Shown: positions 10,851 through 23,800 of the stretch, in pieces
Numbering within the stretch: position 1 is the stretch's first letter
Layout: each line of letters begins with the position of its first letter
Source of the DNA: Octopus vulgaris
Taxonomy: Eukaryota
Direction: 5' to 3'
Assembly: GCA_951406725.2 (NCBI GenBank)
Contig: OX597816.1
Location: 112,964,001-113,028,000, forward strand
DNA: 64,000 nucleotides
The notes under the pieces: model-generated
What the model was told of the DNA's origin: nothing
What the model saw: only the letters and a program-made list of their open reading frames with translations
Databases searched by the model: none
Program-made: the position numbers and the translations under genes

Positions 10851-13610
10851 ATTTTCTCTGCATAGTTCCTTTGAAATGAGCTTACAGAAGAATGAGATAG
10901 TGGACATTTTTTTTTTCCTACCCATCTATTGTAGACTGTCTTTCTAAGCTGTACAGTAGCAGAACACTCTCATCAAAATTGTGTGGAATCTGCTTATTTA
11001 TGGAATTAATAGTGTATGTAATGTAAAGAGACATACGTAAGATTATTGTCTCCATAACTTGTTTGGTTGTACTGAATAGCCTCAGAGTGAAAAACTTTCA
11101 TTGTCAATTGTAGTCAGTGCAGAATATATACAAATAATGTGCATTTGGATAAATATTGGTTACATATAAGTAGAAAGTATTTAAGAAATATCTTGAAAAG
11201 TTGTCATCATAAGATCCTGTTATTTTGTTTCTACATTAATATATTTTTCTGATATTACCACTAAAAGCCTGACATTTCATATTTGTTGTTCTAGAATAAA
11301 AAGAGGTAAGTTAGGGATTTCTTCTTCAGCATTAGAATCACATTAGGTTTCAAAACTTTTTAATAAAATTACAATGTTAAATCCTTAAAGCATTCTTGAA
11401 ATGTAGATAATGAAAAGAAATCCTTGAGAGCCAGCTTTAGTTTCTATACATTGTGGTTTTATAATATGAATTCATGATAGTGAAGTGTGCTAGTTATTTG
11501 TGTGAGCTTATATATACACATAATCATTTTCTGTGGAAGCAAGTAATACTGATGTTAGGTTGAGCTTTGTGAAACTCTCATTGTAATATGCTCATAATAT
11601 GAATGAATTCTGTTGACTGCTTGTGAAATAAAATATGACAGATGTAAATGTGCTTTGATATATGTATTATATAATGGAGCATCAACATTGTGGAAGGGAC
11701 AGTTACTGACTTACGTTCCTAACAAAACAGAATTGTCAGGAAAATAGGGATTGAATTTCATTTCAATATATTAATAGCTTTCATACAATTATAATTTGAA
11801 AATTCCTGAGAATTATTTCTTGGGTATGTTCTGTGTAGCAGTAAAGTTGAATGAAATAAATTGTGAATGCTATCAACTACTTTAATATCATTGGTTTATC
11901 AATGCTAAGATAGTTTGCTAATGCTAGGTATATTTGTACTCATTAAAATCATATTACTGATACCCCAAAGTTTTTGAAAGGAAATATTTTTTTTAATAAT
12001 GCCAGGCTTCTAAATACCATGTGACAATAAATTTTAGGAATCTAAAGCAGAAAAAGCACCAATTTTTTAAAACTTCTCTAAGCATTCCTTTTGTCACATA
12101 GATTATATAAATGATAACTATATAAGAAATTCCTTCATATGCACAAAGATTATTTTCTGTTTAATTTATAGAGAAGAAACAGTGAGAACATAAAGTCGGT
12201 TCAGCTAGTTTTAGGTCTAGATCCGAGAGATACTAGGATGGTGTTAAGAGGGTTGAGAAGTTCTGAAAGATAGGTAAAAGGAAATTTTCAAGGGGATACA
12301 TTTGGGGGAAGAACTGAAAAATGCACAGAATCTGTGAAAAGATGAAATACTGTGAGGGGGATTTGAAGAGGAAGTACTATCACAATTTTTTTTTTTTTTA
12401 GTATGTACCTCATCTATGTTCTAGTGTTGCTGAATGGGACTAGAGTACTGTGTCCTCATTGTAGAATATTCTTGTGAAGTTCCTGTTAATGGAAGATGTT
12501 GATTCATAACTGCAGATAATTATATGTTTCAGGCAATATATATGTAGAAATTAAGAAAAATTTATGGTAATTAGTATAATCTATATAGGAGTGTGTAGGT
12601 GTGTGTGGATTTGGTTGGAAGTAACAATACATTAGTCGCTAATGAAGATAAGGTACACGATTGGTTAAAAAGTCAAGCTTAGAATAATGCCTTATTTAAA
12701 GGTCTCATCTGTACAATCTACTTTAGAGCTTATGATTCTGATGGTCAGTGATTACTTAATCCTATCACAGAGTTAGCAACATTTCCTCTTCATTTTAAAT
12801 GCTAACAGGATCAGCAACATTCCTTTCCTAGAAGTTCCTAAGTACAAAAGACCACCAGAGTCTAAAATAATATAATTTTTTCTTCAGACAAAGTCTTTTT
12901 GTAGTTACTGGGTGAAAAAAGATATTCTAAAATGTTAGGAAGATGGTTGCATATTGTTTGAACAACAGAAAAGATGCCTGTTGGTATTTCTACATTCTCA
13001 TTCAAATCTTTCCTGAGTTGCATAGTGAATTGGCAGAATCATTAGTGCATAAAACAAAATACTATTCTCATAGTATGTTGAAAGCCTTCGACGGATTTTG
13101 GTACATAATACACCTTTAGCCTACAGAAAGTGGTTCACTGGATGCTCTTTTCATTGGAGCAAATAAAAAAAAATGGAGTAGCTATGGTTAATGTAATAAC
13201 TATGAAAAATTAATTGATGTTTCAAGTTCAAGTGTGTACCAAGGTGACTAGAGGTGAACCATGTCTAGTGATTTGCAATACTCTTATAATGTGTTTCCAA
13301 TAGAAAAAATTTGAAGTGCATTGCACTAATTATTTCATAATTGACAAAATTATGTCAGTTATGAAAGACTGAAATATATTAATATGCAAGTTAATTTGTA
13401 TAATTTCATTTCATTACTCTTCTAATTGTGAACTTCTGCAGCATATTTGATTAATTAGAATCCAGGTTGTTACGGTTCACTTGTGTTATTCATGTTCACA
13501 TGACACATAAACATTGACTGTTGAGGTAACAAGGAAGCCACTTTTCAGTCACTCAACTTGCTAGAAGTAGTAACCAATTCTCCCTCAAAAAACATATTAC
13601 CATCTCAAAA

Positions 13611-13655
13611 TAAATAAAAGTAAATATATATATATATATATATAAATAAAAGTAA

Positions 13656-13687
<32 letters not shown>

Positions 13688-13863
13688 GTAAATATATATA
13701 TATATATATATATATATAATAAATAAAAGTAAAAATATATATATATATATATATAATATAAAGTAAAAATATATATATATATATATAAATAAAAGTAAAA
13801 ATATATATATATATATATAAATAAAAGTAAATATATATATATATATATATATAAATAAAAGTA

Positions 13864-13901
<38 letters not shown>

Positions 13902-13908
13902 AGTAAAA

Positions 13909-13939
<31 letters not shown>

Positions 13940-13977
13940 TAAAAATATATATATATATATATATATAAATAAAAGTA

Positions 13978-14015
<38 letters not shown>

Positions 14016-14019
14016 AGTA

Positions 14020-14063
<44 letters not shown>

Positions 14064-14067
14064 AGTA

Positions 14068-14111
<44 letters not shown>

Positions 14112-14115
14112 AGTA

Positions 14116-14153
<38 letters not shown>

Positions 14154-14157
14154 AGTA

Positions 14158-14193
<36 letters not shown>

Positions 14194-14222
14194 GTAAAAA
14201 TATATTTATATATATATATATA
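13611..14222. repeat. Compound minisatellite: ~16 units of (A)AATAAAAGTAAA(AA) each followed by variable (TA)n
   Basis: Counted by eye. Source of the spurious 241-aa ORF 13553-14278. Confidence 0.95.
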
Positions 14223-14225
14223 TGT

Positions 14226-14526
14226 GGATGCACAACGTCCCAGTGGTTAGGGCAGCGGACTTGCGGTTGTAGGATCACTGTTTCGATTCTCGGACTGGGC
14301 GTTGTAAGTGTTTATTGAGCAAAAACACCTAAAGCACCACAAGACTCCAACAGGGGGGGGAGGTGGCTGCTGTACTCATTCGCCACAACTTTCTCTCACT
14401 CTTTCTTTTGTTGGCTTGCTCACTTAGCCAACGGGGTGGCGTCATTTGAAGGCTAAAACAATGCGAAGTGCATTGTGACCAGCGATGTGTAGCAACATCT
14501 GATAGCCTGGTCAGTCACGGTGATAT
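14226..14526 (+). mobile_element. tRNA-derived SINE, relatively young (CpG-rich)
   Basis: A-box-like cccagtggttagg and B-box-like gtttcgattctc, then gtgtttattgagcaaaaacacct. Retains many CpGs; ends gtcacggtgata. Confidence 0.8.
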
Positions 14527-14580
14527 CATCATCATCATCATTTAGCATCCGCTTTCCATGCTAGCATGGGTTGGACGGTT

Positions 14581-14582
<2 letters not shown>
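14525..14582 (-). mobile_element. Short RTE tail fragment abutting (TA)n
   Basis: atcatcatcatcatcatttagcatccgctttccatgctagcatgggttggacggtt. Confidence 0.85.
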
Positions 14583-14639
<57 letters not shown>

Positions 14640-14673
14640 TATATATATATATATTTATATATATATATATATA
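14583..14673. repeat. (TA)n microsatellite
   Basis: Read directly. Confidence 0.95.
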
Positions 14674-15910
14674 CTGGATAATGTAGTGCCTGATAAACAG
14701 TAATATGATTTATCGGTTTCTACATTATTTTCATGCATGATTTATGAATCTGGTGTTTGTGTGTTGTATCAGGAATTATTGCACTCCATTGACTGAGGTA
14801 TTGAAATTGTTACAAACAGAAATGATGTTTGTTGTAGATATATCTTTAATGAGGTATGTAGAATTTAACTTTTAATGTAATTCATGAAAGATCAATTCAA
14901 ATGCAATGTTTTGATAGAGTCCATGCTTTTGTCTTGTAAATTCTCTACTTTATTGATCTTCACAGGAATATCTTACAAGAAAAAAATTACAATATTTTAA
15001 CTGTGATCTTAGAAAGAGTAACCAATCACTTTACAATTAACGCATTTGATATTCATTTTTTGTTTTAATCCATTTTATCACAATTTTTCCACTGGCTTTA
15101 AGAAATACTTTCTTTTGTCCATTACAGTGCACTGTCTAGTTCTTTTTGCTAATGCAAACTACAACATACTTCTCAATTTGATTATATCCAAATACTTTCT
15201 TTCTAATAGGTCTCACATTTTCCTTTTACCATAGCTATATTTTTTCTATTCTCCAACGGTGTATTACTTAATAACTGGTGACAAGAAAGGTGCTTTATTC
15301 GTGCCAGTCTTTTATTACTATTATTATTATTTAAAGTAACACTAAGCTGACATACAGCTAGAGCTGTAATCAATATTTTATGTTACTGAATACAATGCCT
15401 CCCTATTTTGAAATTAGATTCCTTACTACTTGATTTAGCATAAAATCCATTCAGTGTTGATGTACCACAAATATACTAGTGATGATCAACAAAAAGAAAT
15501 TAATTATTTTTCCATAGTTGTATTGCCCATATATTCAGATATTGTAGATCAAAAAAGATTTAGGAAGCCTGAAGCAGTTTATGATTCCTATGTTACAGTT
15601 GAAAGATAGAAAACGAAAGTTTTTAGTCAAATAAGTGTAAAAAGAGCTTAAAGGAATATACAAGTAGCTGTCAAATTCAGATATCAACACAATACCCATT
15701 TCTGAAAAGAAAGGAGAAATCTTCCAACAATAACCGTGAAAATTGATACCCTGTTATTTATAAGACTGTAAAAGATGTTTATATATCTAATTAAATCATT
15801 TGAAGCATTACTGATGTAACTTGTAAGACAATAAAGTACCAGTAACATTTTGTTCACAAACTTAAAATGCTCAGTCATTTTAGCTTTGAGCCTAATGTAG
15901 TGATTCAGTA

Positions 15911-16156
15911 GCATGGAACAAATTGCCGGCATCATTTGTTAGTTGTCGGAGCACTGCATCCTTCAAAACTTCCATGCTTCCTGAGATTTGCCAACACTAC
16001 ACCTGATTTTCTCCCCTCCATACACACGCAAGCATGTATCTGACTGTTCACTTCCCAGACATTTGTACATTACTGCATATGCTTTATATGCACTTTAGAC
16101 AAGTTGTGGTTCACATGAGCACTGTATACAATAATTTCATTATTATTATTATTATT
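15911..16156 (+). mobile_element. 5'-truncated CR1-group LINE 3' end with (ATT)n tail
   Basis: In-frame AWNKLPASFVSCRSTASFKTSMLPEICQHYT* (WNxLP..VV..S..FK motif), then ~130-nt UTR and an attattatt tail. Confidence 0.85.
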
Positions 16157-16389
16157 TTACAGTGCCTATCTATGAAATAAAACATTTTTTTATGTATAGT
16201 TTTCTCTAAGTCACTCTGCAAATCAAAATTGTGTAAATCAAGTGAAATAAGTGTTTGATGATATTATCAATAAAAGAAAAAAAAAAACAATATGTAAACA
16301 ATTATTCAAATAGAAATAAATAAATTGATTATCATGTCTGTTTTCTCTTTGTCCATGTTTATTTCTACACTGATTTAAGAATTTCTGTT

Positions 16390-17030
16390 GTTCCATAACT
16401 TAGTGGTTCAAAGACAGTCACCTAATGCATTACAACATAGAACTAATGTGATTCACTCTAAGTTAGATGCTTTTTTTTACTGTTTTTTTTATATAAATGT
16501 TCTCCTTAGTATTTTCTTACAGAATAGACTGGTTCCATCTGCATTAAAGATTTGTTTAAAAAATTTAGAACTTTCTGTTATTTCTGCAAATTGTGGCACA
16601 AATTCTTGTACAGTTTTTTTATTACTTGATCCACTTTCAGAATGCAATTTTATATTCAGGAAAATGCCTCAATTATTAGATTTTTCAACTCCTCTTTTAC
16701 TGCTCCTAAATCTTAGACTGTAGTCCATCAGCTGCTTAAGTCATAGTGTCGATTTCATTGAAATTCTGTCTTTGTCATATAGCAAACATGTCTACAGGCA
16801 GTCCTTTTAGGGTTTTATCTTCTGTCCATAATAGCTTCTGTGTGCATTTTGAAAGCTCTGTGACAGCACTGGCTCTGATTTCTTTCTTTTTGTTACTATA
16901 ATTGTTCTAACTGTTGTTTTATTTATATTAAACTATCTCTCCTATTCTATTTTGAAGTTGATTTAATATTTTAAATTTCACTTTTTTTGGTCCAGTTTTA
17001 GATCTGACATTTTGAAACTGCTATCCAGTT
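16390..17030 (-). mobile_element. Tigger/pogo-family transposase fossil
   Basis: Minus translation NIKLHSESGSSNKKTVQEFVPQFAEITESSKFFKQIFNADGTSLFCKKILRRTFI* and ITLVLCCNALGD match pogo QIFNADETGLFWKKMP.RTFI and RLTLLLCxNAxGD. Upstream TTVRTII is HTH-like. TIRs not found. Confidence 0.85.
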
Positions 17031-17130
17031 TCAAACATATTTAGTAAAATATAAAAATTAAGGCTAATAAACTCATTATCAAAACAGTTAAGTGAAAGAA
17101 GGAAACAATGAAGTGGTATTTCTAAAAGAC

Positions 17131-17260
17131 ATCATCATCATCATCATCATCATTTAACTTCCACTTTCCATGCTCCAATCTGATCTAGCAGAGTTTCTAC
17201 AGCTGGATGCCCTTCCTAATGCCAACTACTCCAAGAGTGTAGTGGGTGCTTTTACATGTC
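17131..17260 (-). mobile_element. RTE 3'UTR/tail fragment
   Basis: (ATC)n then tttccatgctccaatctgatc...gtttctacagctggatgcccttcctaatgccaac. Confidence 0.85.
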
Positions 17261-18579
17261 ATTATCTACTACCTTTAGCTTACCCTCCTGAAGTTGATAG
17301 AGTCTATTTTCTGTGTTTATTGTACCTGTGCATCTTCCACATACAAAAGCTATTTTCCCTGTTAACCTTCCTCTGATATTGCTGCACCTTTTGTGTCCAA
17401 AGCTTACACCAAGTGCATCTTATGGAGTTTCTATCTACACCTCTTCTACAGATCAAACGGGGCCATCTACTTGAAGGGATTTGTGATTAGTCTGCCGTTT
17501 TACTATTAAATCTAATAGTTATTTGAGAGAAATTGAGTAGTCTCTAGGCATGTTTCTATGAGCATTCAGTTCATTCTCATCCTAGATGTTTGCTTCTTGT
17601 TCTCAAACTTTTTACCTTTGAGACTCATTATCAGAATACTATTAGCATTGCTGAGAAATTATTGATGCTGATGATGGAACAAGATATATAACACATCTTG
17701 ATATGTGTGTAACTTCTATATGACAGATGATATTAATGATGTTTGGGGGAAAAGTTTACATCTTTATTAGGAATTGAAATGAATGATACTGTATTAAAGT
17801 GAATATTTTGAATTATCAATGCTTCATATTTCTTATAATCTTGTTCAAATTCAAATGAAGTTGAGCTTGCTTTTCCTTCCCTTGTGTTTGATGAAGAGAA
17901 TATTATAATCTATTGATATCCATTCAATGAAATTAACTATGTCTACTTGTAAAATGGACTAGAATATTTAGCTTAGGCTAAATAAATTGGTATATTTATC
18001 ACATGTATATCAAAAATATATGAAACAGTCATAATCTTTATATGTGAGAATGATTAACAGGTGTGTAGAAGTATCAAACATGTGTATGACATGGGTTTTA
18101 ACCAAATTGCTTTAGAAGCAGAATTTAACAAACACCAATATTGACAGAGAAGTAGCTTTGTTTCATATTCTGGAATAAACTAGGCAGAAATTCAAAATGA
18201 AAAGAAAGGAAAGAAATTCACAAAGGGTTTCTTTCTGTGAAATTAAGGCAAACTATACGAAACAATCATTGTTAAAGTTTTACAGATTGCAAAATTTTTC
18301 TGTATTTTCATTTTCATGGAATTGTAATCTTTGAGAATTAGTTAGTATTTTATTCCTGAATATGTACATTCTGGTTTTGAGATCAGAATCTTTAAGTGCA
18401 TGAAAAGTTAGAATATTTTTATGGAATTTTAAATCAAATACTTTACTAATAGCAGCCACTGTAAGCTTAAATCGGTCACATAAGTCTAGTGACGAGGTTA
18501 TTTTTATACACTGCATGTACACACACATACACACACACACACACACACCATCATTCTTTATCAATACTGAGACTCTTAT

Positions 18580-18900
18580 AACAAGCTGTTTGGTTAAGAA
18601 GTTCACTTCCTATCCATGCGGTTTCTGTTTCACTCCTACTGTGCAGAATCATCTATATCCTGAGGCTAACCAAATCTTTGCTCATCTTTGAAATCATTGA
18701 GCTAGAAGCAGTGTGGTTGTTGTTGTTACTCCAGTCAACGAATTGTTTGCTGGCTTTGGGCCTTGAAAGACATGTAGAATAAGAGATCCATTACTTGAAA
18801 AACAGGTGATAGTCAGTGACAAGAAGGAAGCCCAGCTCTAAAACAATGCTTGGATGATATATTCATGAAGCCCATGCTAACATTAAAAAGAAACATAAAA
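18580..18900 (+). mobile_element. Old family-A-headed SINE with RTE-type tail
   Basis: ctgtttggttaagaagttcacttcc head; ttacttgaaaaacaggtg...gaaggaagcccagctctaaaac...cccatgctaacatt tail. Confidence 0.55.
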
Positions 18901-18984
18901 TCAAGCAAACAAGTGTTACAGAATTTCCTTTCTCAAACTATATAAGTTTAGTATTTCCCAGTTTTGATATTTCTTTAGTTTTTT

Positions 18985-19390
18985 ATTCTTTTACTTGTTT
19001 CAGTCATTTGACTGTGGCCATGTTGGAGCACCACCTTTAGTCAAACAAATCAACCCTAGGACTTATTCTTTGTAAGCCTAGTATTTTTTCTGTTGGTCTT
19101 TTTTGCCAAACTGTTAAGTTACGGGGATGTAAACACACCAACACCGATTGTCAAATAATGGCGAGGGGACAAACACAGACACACAAACATATATGTACAC
19201 ACACACATACACACATATATATATATACGGCAGGCTTCTTTCCATTTCCATCTACCAAATCCACTCAAAGGCTCTGGTTGGCCGAATGCTATAGTAGAAG
19301 ACACTTGCTCAAGGTGCCACACGGTGGGACTGAACCCAGAACCATGTGGTTAGTAAGCAAGCTTCTTACCACACAGCCATGCCTGCACCT
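18985..19390 (-). mobile_element. SINE family A, full length
   Basis: Complete head (tggctgtgtggtaag / gggttcagtccc), CORE-like body, internal microsatellite and aaatgactgaaacaagtaaaagaataaaa tail on the minus strand. Confidence 0.9.
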
Positions 19391-19542
19391 CTTTATTAAA
19401 GCTTTCAGCTTTATTCTATATTGACTCCTATAGGCTTTAAACATGAAAATATATTTGATATTAAAGGTACTGTTCTTTAGTTTGTACCATTACTGGATAG
19501 GTTTTGCTCAAGTGAAAAAAATCTTTAAGAGTTATATAATAT

Positions 19543-19708
19543 AGGCACAGGCATGGCTGTGTGGTAAGAAGCTTGCTTCCCAGTCACATGGTTCCAGATT
19601 CAGTCCTACTGTATGGCACCTTGGGCAAGTGTCTTCTACTATAGCATCGGGCTGACCAAAGCCTTGTGAGTGGATTTGGTAGACGGAAACTGAAAGAAGC
19701 CCATTGTA

Positions 19709-19760
<52 letters not shown>

Positions 19761-19780
19761 ATATATATGTTTGTTTGTCT
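19543..19780 (+). mobile_element. SINE family A, 5' half
   Basis: aggcacaggcatggctgtgtggtaagaagc...gcaccttgggcaagtgtcttctac...gaaactgaaagaagccc, then (TA)n. Confidence 0.9.
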
Positions 19781-20232
19781 AGACAACATCTAATGTTATA
19801 ATTTCTACATATTATTGTATTTACATTTTTGCAGCCAGACCTTTTCAGTAAAGTATAATCATAGTTGAATCTAGTTTAATTGCTGCTTTATGCATATGAC
19901 AGGATATGATGAGCCAGCTCTTTGTTTCTCAGGAATGCAATTTTTAGGTGAAAGGGCTCTTTTCTCATTGATGCAGATGATTTTTTTAATGATGTGTTAG
20001 GCATTTTACAAGTTCTTTCCTGACACTCTACAAGTTCTTAGACATGCAGTTTTAGTGGAGTCCTTCACAGTTGATTATCAATGCGTGAACTTTCTAACAT
20101 CTGGTTCTTTTCTTTGCGCTCATATATCAAGGAATGGCACTTTATTACTATGTTTCTTTTATAAAGTAAATAAATCAAATCAGTTGCTAAGTTTCTATGA
20201 TCTTGTAGAACTCATAAAATTCAAAGAAGCTT

Positions 20233-20272
<40 letters not shown>

Positions 20273-20827
20273 TGTGTGTATAAAAACACACACACACAGT
20301 GATATTGCATGGGCTGGGCCACAAGAGCAGTTACCCTAAATGTAATATTCTTGGGTGTGTAAAATTTCAAAAGAGATAAAAATAAGATAATAATAATGAA
20401 TATGCAATAGAATGCACATCATTTATAAATAATGTTCGTGCATTTAAATCCAGCCTGTGACAATATACATACTTAAGAATACAGTACAGATTATTGATAG
20501 AGATAGAAACAAACAAAATATCACATAAATAAATAAAAACACAAAAGGTTAAGTTTTCGTGGAAAACTACATTTATCATCATGACACATCACTGAATTTT
20601 AGACATGCTGCAAGCACATGTGCACACACATACACACGTGATGTCACAATGTATATGTTAAAAATGCAGTTTTCTGTAATGAGTACAGAATGCTGGGAGT
20701 TGAATATTGTCTGCAGAATCTAGTATTTCAACTTAGAAGAAAGTTTGAGTGCTATAAAAATTTTTAATCTTGATCCAAGGTCACAAATGTGTATAGTTGA
20801 TTAAATTGTCCTAAGAATATTACTGGT

Positions 20828-21083
20828 GGAGGTGCATGGCTTAGTGGTTAGGGTGTTGGACTCATGATCATGTAATTATGGTTTCAATTCTTTGGTCGGG
20901 CAATGCTTTGTGTTCTTGAACAAAACACTTCATTTTACATTGTGCTCCAGTACACTCAGATGACAAAAATGAGTAATTCTATGATGGACTGGAATCTCAA
21001 CTAGGCGAGACTATGTACACCAGCAAAACCAGAAAGCCAGTGTTATGAATCTATATGACTTGGAAGGAGCTTTATCTTTTATT
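20828..21083 (+). mobile_element. tRNA-derived SINE family D
   Basis: ggaggtgcatggcttagtggttagg...ggtttcaattc...tgtgttcttgaacaaaacactt. Same family as 61763-62017. Flanked by an atatt(t)tactggt duplication. Confidence 0.8.
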
Positions 21084-22979
21084 ATATTTTACTGGTACAT
21101 CTTTTAAGCCCAGAAGCTAGTCATCCCTAACAGGATTTGTGTGCCAAACAGATATGTTTGATACTATGTTTACATAGTATCAATTTACATGTATAAACAC
21201 ATGCCTACATATAAGCATGCATATATACATATATGCTTGATGGAATGTGCTACAAATACTGGTGAAAGTTAATGATAGCCATAATGATATTTAAGGAAAA
21301 GTCAATAGTCAAGTTCGACCTGATAACATTGGTTCTCAAAGGTGACACAGAATCATAATGTGTCAGAAAATTGTAGATTTCCTAACAGATCCAACACATA
21401 CCTGTAAGTAAAGAAAGGAGCATGATGTCATATGTTTTCAAATTACTTCAAGACATGCGGGACAGTTTTGAGATGCATCATTGTACCAAAATATATAACG
21501 AAAGAATGACTACCATACAGAAACAAAATTGTGTTTAGTTGTTTTTGTATTTTTTCTGAGTTGTTTTTTTTATGCTGTCACAACACCTCCCAGTTTGAAA
21601 GACAGCAACAAAAGTTTTATTATCCTATCTCTCTTGAAAAGTTTTCATCTGGTTTCTATGTTATCAGTCAATGTTGAAGATATTTTAGCCTCTCCTACTC
21701 CTCAATGCCTTCATGCATCATGTTAGTTTGAAATGTTTTATAACCTTCTTTTCTCTGCTTCTGGATATCAAAATCTGTGTCAGATAAAACTGCAATGCTG
21801 TTTCATAATTCCTTTTAAATTTCTTTGTGCATTTGTAGATCTTTTTTGAGAACATTTTATTCTGATGGTATTGCAAATGACATTGTCAACTCTGATTGAA
21901 GAGATTTTCTTTTTGCTTTTTGGTTTCATATTTTTCAAGATGTTGTCAGCTAATCTAAATGAAAAGGGCTATATGAATACAAGCATTCCTAGTTTGAATG
22001 GCTAATATAGGGAAACCTGAAAAACTCAAGTTTTTTTTTTATTCATTTATGTATTATATTTGCTAAAAATGAAAGGGATGCTACTTCTATAATTTTAACA
22101 TACTGTGTCCTAAAACATTTTCTTTGTTATCTCCAGCCATAAAAAGTTTCAATTATATGATTATGTTTAAAGAAGGAAAGCTATAGACTTAAAAAATCAG
22201 CTCAATATTTTGATATACTACACACTTTTTTTTATTTATTTTTCTCTTTTTATCAATTATATATTGAACTATCAGTTCCCAAATGTTAAAATATAAAATC
22301 ATTGTATCAGATGAACTTTTAAAATATAACAGCTATAAAAGTCTATCATATTCCAAAAACATAATGACATTGTTCACACGACAACTCCTAGGAACTTTCA
22401 CTGTAAATCTTTGTCAACTTTAAAAAAGATTGAGAACTCATCTCTTTACTTGTACTCACTATCAATTCTGTTTGAATTGGAAGTGCAGTTCTTACTTTAT
22501 AATGCAATTTACTTTGCAAGAACTTTACAAGAACATTTTACCTTGATTGTTATAACCTAAGCATTGTACTTAATGATCTTTAAATATAATAGTTTATCCT
22601 ATCAACTCAACATTGTAGATTTTCCTGAATCCAACTATTTCCAATATTAAATCTAGAGTTTCCAGGATATGTAATATAATTTTAAATATTTGTGTGCAAG
22701 TAATATGTGAGAAAATAATTTCAGAGTTAATTGTCACTTTTAAAGCAATTATTTAATTTCTTGAATGTCTGGTTAGATTGCATATTGAACAAAGACTGCA
22801 CAGTTGATTCTTTTAGTTATTAATCATAATAAATCAGAATTTAATGAAAAATAGTTAATGTAATTAGTTGTTGCTTTTTAATCTGGGCAGAAGGGAAGTA
22901 CAATGAACATTAAATGTCTCCAGACTGGTCAGATTGTTGCTATTTATGTTTAGCCTGAATTGTTTTCAAGTTGATTACT

Positions 22980-23800
22980 TTGATGGGGAACAAAAGGAGA
23001 AAGATAGTGCTCCAGATAGTTTGTAGTGAAGAAAATGTGTTGGGAAATGTGTTTGGTGTGTAATTTTACAAGGCAGACACAGTCTTGTAAGACTACACAC
23101 AATTGGGAGAATATGTGGAAGATATTGAAATGCAAATAATTCTTTTACTATATTTCTGGATAAATATTTCTCAATCAGACAACAGACATTTCCCTCACCC
23201 CTCCCTTATATGTGGTCTAGAATATTGAATGTATAACAGATTCTCTGTCTTAACATTGTGCCATGTTTAAAGTAAAAACTAAAGTAGTTCCTGGCAATCT
23301 TTAAAGAGAAGGTCTTGTAGGGTTTGTGACTTTTAATGAGTCTGTGGGCTTTAGCTGAGTGTTCATGAGTAGTATTGAGATTGTTTCCTTGCTATGATTG
23401 TATTCTGATGTTGCTAGAGAAGATCAATTTCTTATGTTCTTCTGGCTCAACATGTTCAAGTTCTCTATTCTTGGAAACATGGAATCAAGAAGTGAAGGGT
23501 AATATCATGAGTATTATTATGTGCTTGACTAGAAATAACAGTAAGTCACTGAGAGAGGGATTGAAGAGTGTCAGAGACATGAGCCTGGGTATTAGCAGGT
23601 ATTATGAAAATTATGATGGCAATCATTTAGGGAGATAAAAACTCAAAATGATGGAGGAGGTGGTGCATTACAACTGCTTCCTTCACCTTTGAGATATTGG
23701 AAGTCAGAGTAATAGATTATTAGGTGACTGGGAAAGAGAGATGTTCTTTCAGGAATAAGACATATTAATGCATGTTTCTTAAATTGTGATAGATACCTAT
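22980..23800 (-). mobile_element. CR1-group LINE RT relic
   Basis: Minus translation ITLTSNISKVKEAVVMHHLLHHFE and TLFNPSLSDLL matches PISLTS..SKVME...HLL.HLE and PTLF..FINDLL. Confidence 0.6.

Noticed and set aside
12190-12760. Possible minus-strand LINE RT remnant
   Set aside because: Only a faint resemblance to the LQGDTL motif; not callable by eye.
13611-14222. CRISPR-like repeat/spacer appearance
   Set aside because: The 'spacers' are only TA runs, the unit is ~15 nt, there are no cas genes, and the context is eukaryotic.
13553-14278. Longest supplied ORF (241 aa)
   Set aside because: It is a translation of the (TA)n compound minisatellite plus a SINE head, giving IYIYIY low complexity.
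14226-14300. tRNA-like sequences at SINE heads (also 19543, 20828, 31027, 61763)
   Set aside because: A and B boxes are present, but I see no complete cloverleaf and each continues into a multi-copy SINE body.
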